64,000 bases of DNA. It comes from an uncultured Candidatus Saccharibacteria bacterium. Its GTDB lineage: Bacteria > Patescibacteriota > Saccharimonadia > Saccharimonadales > JAGQNJ01. Positions 60,883 to 64,000 of the stretch are shown here, in pieces; the first letter of the stretch is position 1; the number at the start of each line of letters is the position of its first letter. Under the pieces are notes generated by a model, which did no database searches, was not told the origin of the DNA, and was given only the letters and a program-made list of their open reading frames with translations. Made by a program: the position numbers and the translations under genes. The DNA lies in contig OZ246406.1 in NCBI GenBank assembly GCA_965231045.1, positions 250,228-314,227 of the forward strand, given 5' to 3'.

Positions 60883-63800
60883 GCCAACTTAACATTCTCA
60901 GCGCCGATCAAATTACTAAGTTTCTCTAAGGCGCCCGGATCAAGTGAGAACTTGACGGGCAATTTAACCGCCTGCTTACTATCATTAGGTCCTAACACTA
61001 ACACAACTTCGTATTCGCCCTTGTATTGGTCTATTGTTTGTTTCAATGAAATCAATAGCTCACTATTACCACTGTCTTCTATACGTATGTAGAGCCGCTT
61101 TGTTTCTGGCTTACTGTCGTCCTTTTTAGACAAAGGAACGGCTTTTAGCGATTTATTACTAGGTTTCGGAGTTTTACGCTTCTTGCCTGTCGGCTGATAT
61201 GCTGCAGCCTGTTCGTGAGTAACTTCACGAGCATCATCAACCATAACTTTTATTTCATTTGTAATATTACCGTCCCTATCTTGTGCCGATATCTTACCTT
61301 TAACAATTACCACTCGATCTCGCTCCCATATACCGATAGTTTGTTGGTAGATGCTTGGGAACAAAATTATCTCTATTTCATCAACTTCGTCATTAAGTTT
61401 TACAAAAGCCATTTTTTGACCCTTCTTGGTCGTAATCTCACGCATATCACTAATACTACCGCCAACAGATACAGCACGGTTATGATGCTCTGGTGTTAGA
61501 GTTGCGATAGGTGTTGTCTGTTCTTCAAGTAAGTGTTTATAACTTTCCAGTGGATGCTGTGACAGAAATAGCCCGAGTAGCTCACGCTCCCACTGTAATT
61601 GCTCTCTTTGAGGATATGCTGAGTCATTAGGCTCCAATTTCAGCTCCGATTTAGTGTGTTGATCAAAATCAGCATTATCACCGAATATATCAACTTGTCC
61701 TGATGATTGTTGCTTGTGAATCCTACTAGCATAAGCCAGAAGAACATCGATGTTGTGAAGCAGTGTAGATCGTTTTTCAAACCTATCAAAAGCACCTGCT
61801 TTTATAAGGCTTTCAATGGTTTTTCGATTAACCACCCTAGGGTTTACTTTAGTTAAGAAGTCCTCTAAACTTTTAAATTCTCCATCGATGTTACGAGCTT
61901 CAAGAATTTCCTCAACTGCTCCGCGACCGACGTTTTTTATGGCAGCCATTCCAAAACGAATTTGATTTTGCTCTGGAACAACCGCAAATTCAAGAAACGA
62001 TTCATTTACGTCAGGTGGTAACACCTCAATGCCCATGTGTTTACACTCGTTAATTTCTATTGCCAATCGGTCAGTGTCATCAAAATCACTAGTCATCAAT
62101 GCTGCCATAAACGCTGCTGTATAGTGTGCTTTTAAATAAGCAGTCTGGTAAGCAATTAGCGCATAACAGGCGGCATGAGCTTTGTTGAAAGAATAATCTG
62201 CGAATGGCTGGATTAGCGCCCATAGTTTTTCGGCACCTGATTTTGTTAGGCCTCGTTTCAAACAGCCTTCAATAAATCTAGGTTGCTCGGCATTCATGAT
62301 GTCACGCTTCTTTTTCCCAATCGCCTTACGAATCAAGTCAGCTTCGCCAGGGGTATATCCGGCAATCAGCTGTAGAAGTGCAATAATTTGTTCTTGGAAA
62401 ACCATAACACCATACGTGTCACCCAAAACAGGTTCAAGTGACGGGTGGGGATATGAAATACTTGCCGGATTATTCTTACCTTCAATAAATCTTGGGAATT
62501 CGGCCATCGGCCCTGGTCTATATAGAGCAACCATGGCAATAATATCTGTGAATTGGTTTGGCTTGAGCTCCTTTAAATATCGCTTCATGCCTGCTGATTC
62601 GAGCTGGAAGACACCTGTCGTATCGCCATGCGCTAGAAGTTCATAGGTTTTGGGGTCATCCATAGGAACGTTGTTAATATCAACTTCATCACCGTAAACT
62701 CGTTTAACTATCCTCAGGGCATTTTTAATAATCGTTAGGTTAGATAGTCCTAAGAAGTCCATTTTTAACAGCCCTAGCTCCTCTACTGGGACCATAGAAT
62801 ATTGGGTGGCTACTACGCCCTTCTGAGCCATTTCAAGAGGCGCAAACTTTACAATCTCATCTGGGGCAATAACCACACCTGCAGCATGTACTCCATGAGA
62901 GCGAATTGTACCTTCAAGTCGGACAGCTAGGTCAAATACACGTCTCGCGTCGTCATTTGTTTTGTATTCGTTAGCTAATTCAGTGCTTTCTTTTAATGAT
63001 GTCGCAAGGGGTATATGTCGCCCTTGAACTGGTGGAGGAATCATTTTGGCCAATCGATCAGCATCAGCATATGGTACTTGCAAAACTCTGGCCACATCAC
63101 GGACTGCATTTCTGGCTGCCATGGTGCCAAAAGTTACAATATTAGCTACTCTATCCGTGCCATATTTTTCAACACAATATTGTATTACCTCATCTCTACG
63201 AGTATCTTGAATATCAATATCAAAGTCTGGCATGGAAATACGGTCAGGGTTCAAAAACCGCTCAAACATCAAATCATACGCCAGAGGATCAAGCTCGGTT
63301 ATACGTAGTGCATAAGCCACTATTGAGCTTGCCCCACTACCACGACCTGGTCCAAAAACAATTCCTTGGTCTTTACCCCAGTTTATAAAATCCTGGACGA
63401 TTAGGAAGTAGCCGCTAAACCCCATTCTCTCAATAATACTTAGCTCGTACTCTGCTCGTTCGACAATTTTGGCTGATAGCTGCTTTTTTAAATCAGTAAG
63501 CGATTTGGCTGGCTTTTTTTTGGGCTCATAACGTCTGACCAACCCCTCGTAACTAAGTCTATGCAGGTAGCTTTTTTCATCATCACCTTTTGGAACAGGA
63601 AATTTAGGGATTAAGTACTTACCCAGCTCAATAGTCACGTTACATTTGTCAGCTATTTTTTTAGTATTAGTAATGACTTCTGGCATATCTGCCCAGCGCT
63701 TTATTAGCTCCTTTGGATCAATTACATGAAGGTCGAAGTTAAGTAGACTCATTCGATTTTCATCCGATAGAAATGACCCTGTTTGAACACAAAGCAAAAT

Positions 63801-64000
63801 TTCATGAGCTTCTTGATCTTCGTGTCGGAGATAGTGAGCATCACAAGTCAAAACGCAGTCGATTTTTAACTCTTTTGCCAGCTTAATAATTTGTTCGTTA
63901 ACCTCAACTTGTTCATCCCATTTTGATGGATGCTTAGGATGGCCATGATCTTGAACCTCTAAATAGTAATCGTTACCCAATATAGATTTATACCAACTTG
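60879..64000 (-). CDS. dnaE: DNA polymerase III alpha subunit (5' part beyond the window)
   Basis: PHP TCDAHY, GPGRGS, FERFLNPDRISMPDFDID, KMDFLGL, FNKAH. Confidence 0.98.
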   Translation of the reverse strand, partial: SWYKSILGNDYYLEVQDHGHPKHPSKWDEQVEVNEQIIKLAKELKIDCVLTCDAHYLRHEDQEAHEILLCVQTGSFLSDENRMSLLNFDLHVIDPKELIKRWADMPEVITNTKKIADKCNVTIELGKYLIPKFPVPKGDDEKSYLHRLSYEGLVRRYEPKKKPAKSLTDLKKQLSAKIVERAEYELSIIERMGFSGYFLIVQDFINWGKDQGIVFGPGRGSGASSIVAYALRITELDPLAYDLMFERFLNPDRISMPDFDIDIQDTRRDEVIQYCVEKYGTDRVANIVTFGTMAARNAVRDVARVLQVPYADADRLAKMIPPPVQGRHIPLATSLKESTELANEYKTNDDARRVFDLAVRLEGTIRSHGVHAAGVVIAPDEIVKFAPLEMAQKGVVATQYSMVPVEELGLLKMDFLGLSNLTIIKNALRIVKRVYGDEVDINNVPMDDPKTYELLAHGDTTGVFQLESAGMKRYLKELKPNQFTDIIAMVALYRPGPMAEFPRFIEGKNNPASISYPHPSLEPVLGDTYGVMVFQEQIIALLQLIAGYTPGEADLIRKAIGKKKRDIMNAEQPRFIEGCLKRGLTKSGAEKLWALIQPFADYSFNKAHAACYALIAYQTAYLKAHYTAAFMAALMTSDFDDTDRLAIEINECKHMGIEVLPPDVNESFLEFAVVPEQNQIRFGMAAIKNVGRGAVEEILEARNIDGEFKSLEDFLTKVNPRVVNRKTIESLIKAGAFDRFEKRSTLLHNIDVLLAYASRIHKQQSSGQVDIFGDNADFDQHTKSELKLEPNDSAYPQREQLQWERELLGLFLSQHPLESYKHLLEEQTTPIATLTPEHHNRAVSVGGSISDMREITTKKGQKMAFVKLNDEVDEIEIILFPSIYQQTIGIWERDRVVIVKGKISAQDRDGNITNEIKVMVDDAREVTHEQAAAYQPTGKKRKTPKPSNKSLKAVPLSKKDDSKPETKRLYIRIEDSGNSELLISLKQTIDQYKGEYEVVLVLGPNDSKQAVKLPVKFSLDPGALEKLSNLIGAENVKLA

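Noticed and set aside
892-63308. Many short ORFs antisense to or nested in housekeeping genes
   Set aside because: Shadow ORFs of well-supported genes with no independent motifs
60879-64000. Inteins or introns in dnaE, rpoB or rpoC
   Set aside because: Lengths and motif spacing are normal; no intein terminal motifs seen

Overview
Core-genome window of a small-genome bacterium, most likely Saccharibacteria/TM7 (CPR). This is inferred from the missing uL30 gene, the divergent RpoB/RpoC/EF-G motifs and the gene set; TGA is read as stop. The first 29 kb (minus strand) hold rpoB-rpoC, the str/S10/spc ribosomal clusters, secY, infA, rpmJ and the start of rpsM, interrupted by orphan ORFs and a long 'metazoan-type' GMP synthase. 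The rest holds housekeeping genes (clpP, tig, hisS, tRNA-Leu, rsmD, recG, tyrS, class A PBP, radA, clpC, nusA, pepN, rnhB, rplS, malic enzyme, PilB-type ATPase, dnaE). I saw no mobile element, CRISPR or prophage. The most notable signals are: (1) an apparent His-codon leader-peptide attenuator ahead of an orphan hisI-hisS operon; (2) a ~165-nt G-U-rich rod hairpin (6S-like ncRNA candidate); (3) loss of Zn-binding cysteines in both RNAP beta' sites, PilB, bL36 and uS14; (4) EF-G with G4 NKIN and a rewritten G5 motif; (5) twin CIRCE/sigma70 promoters on clpP and clpC; (6) pervasive leaderless promoter architecture.
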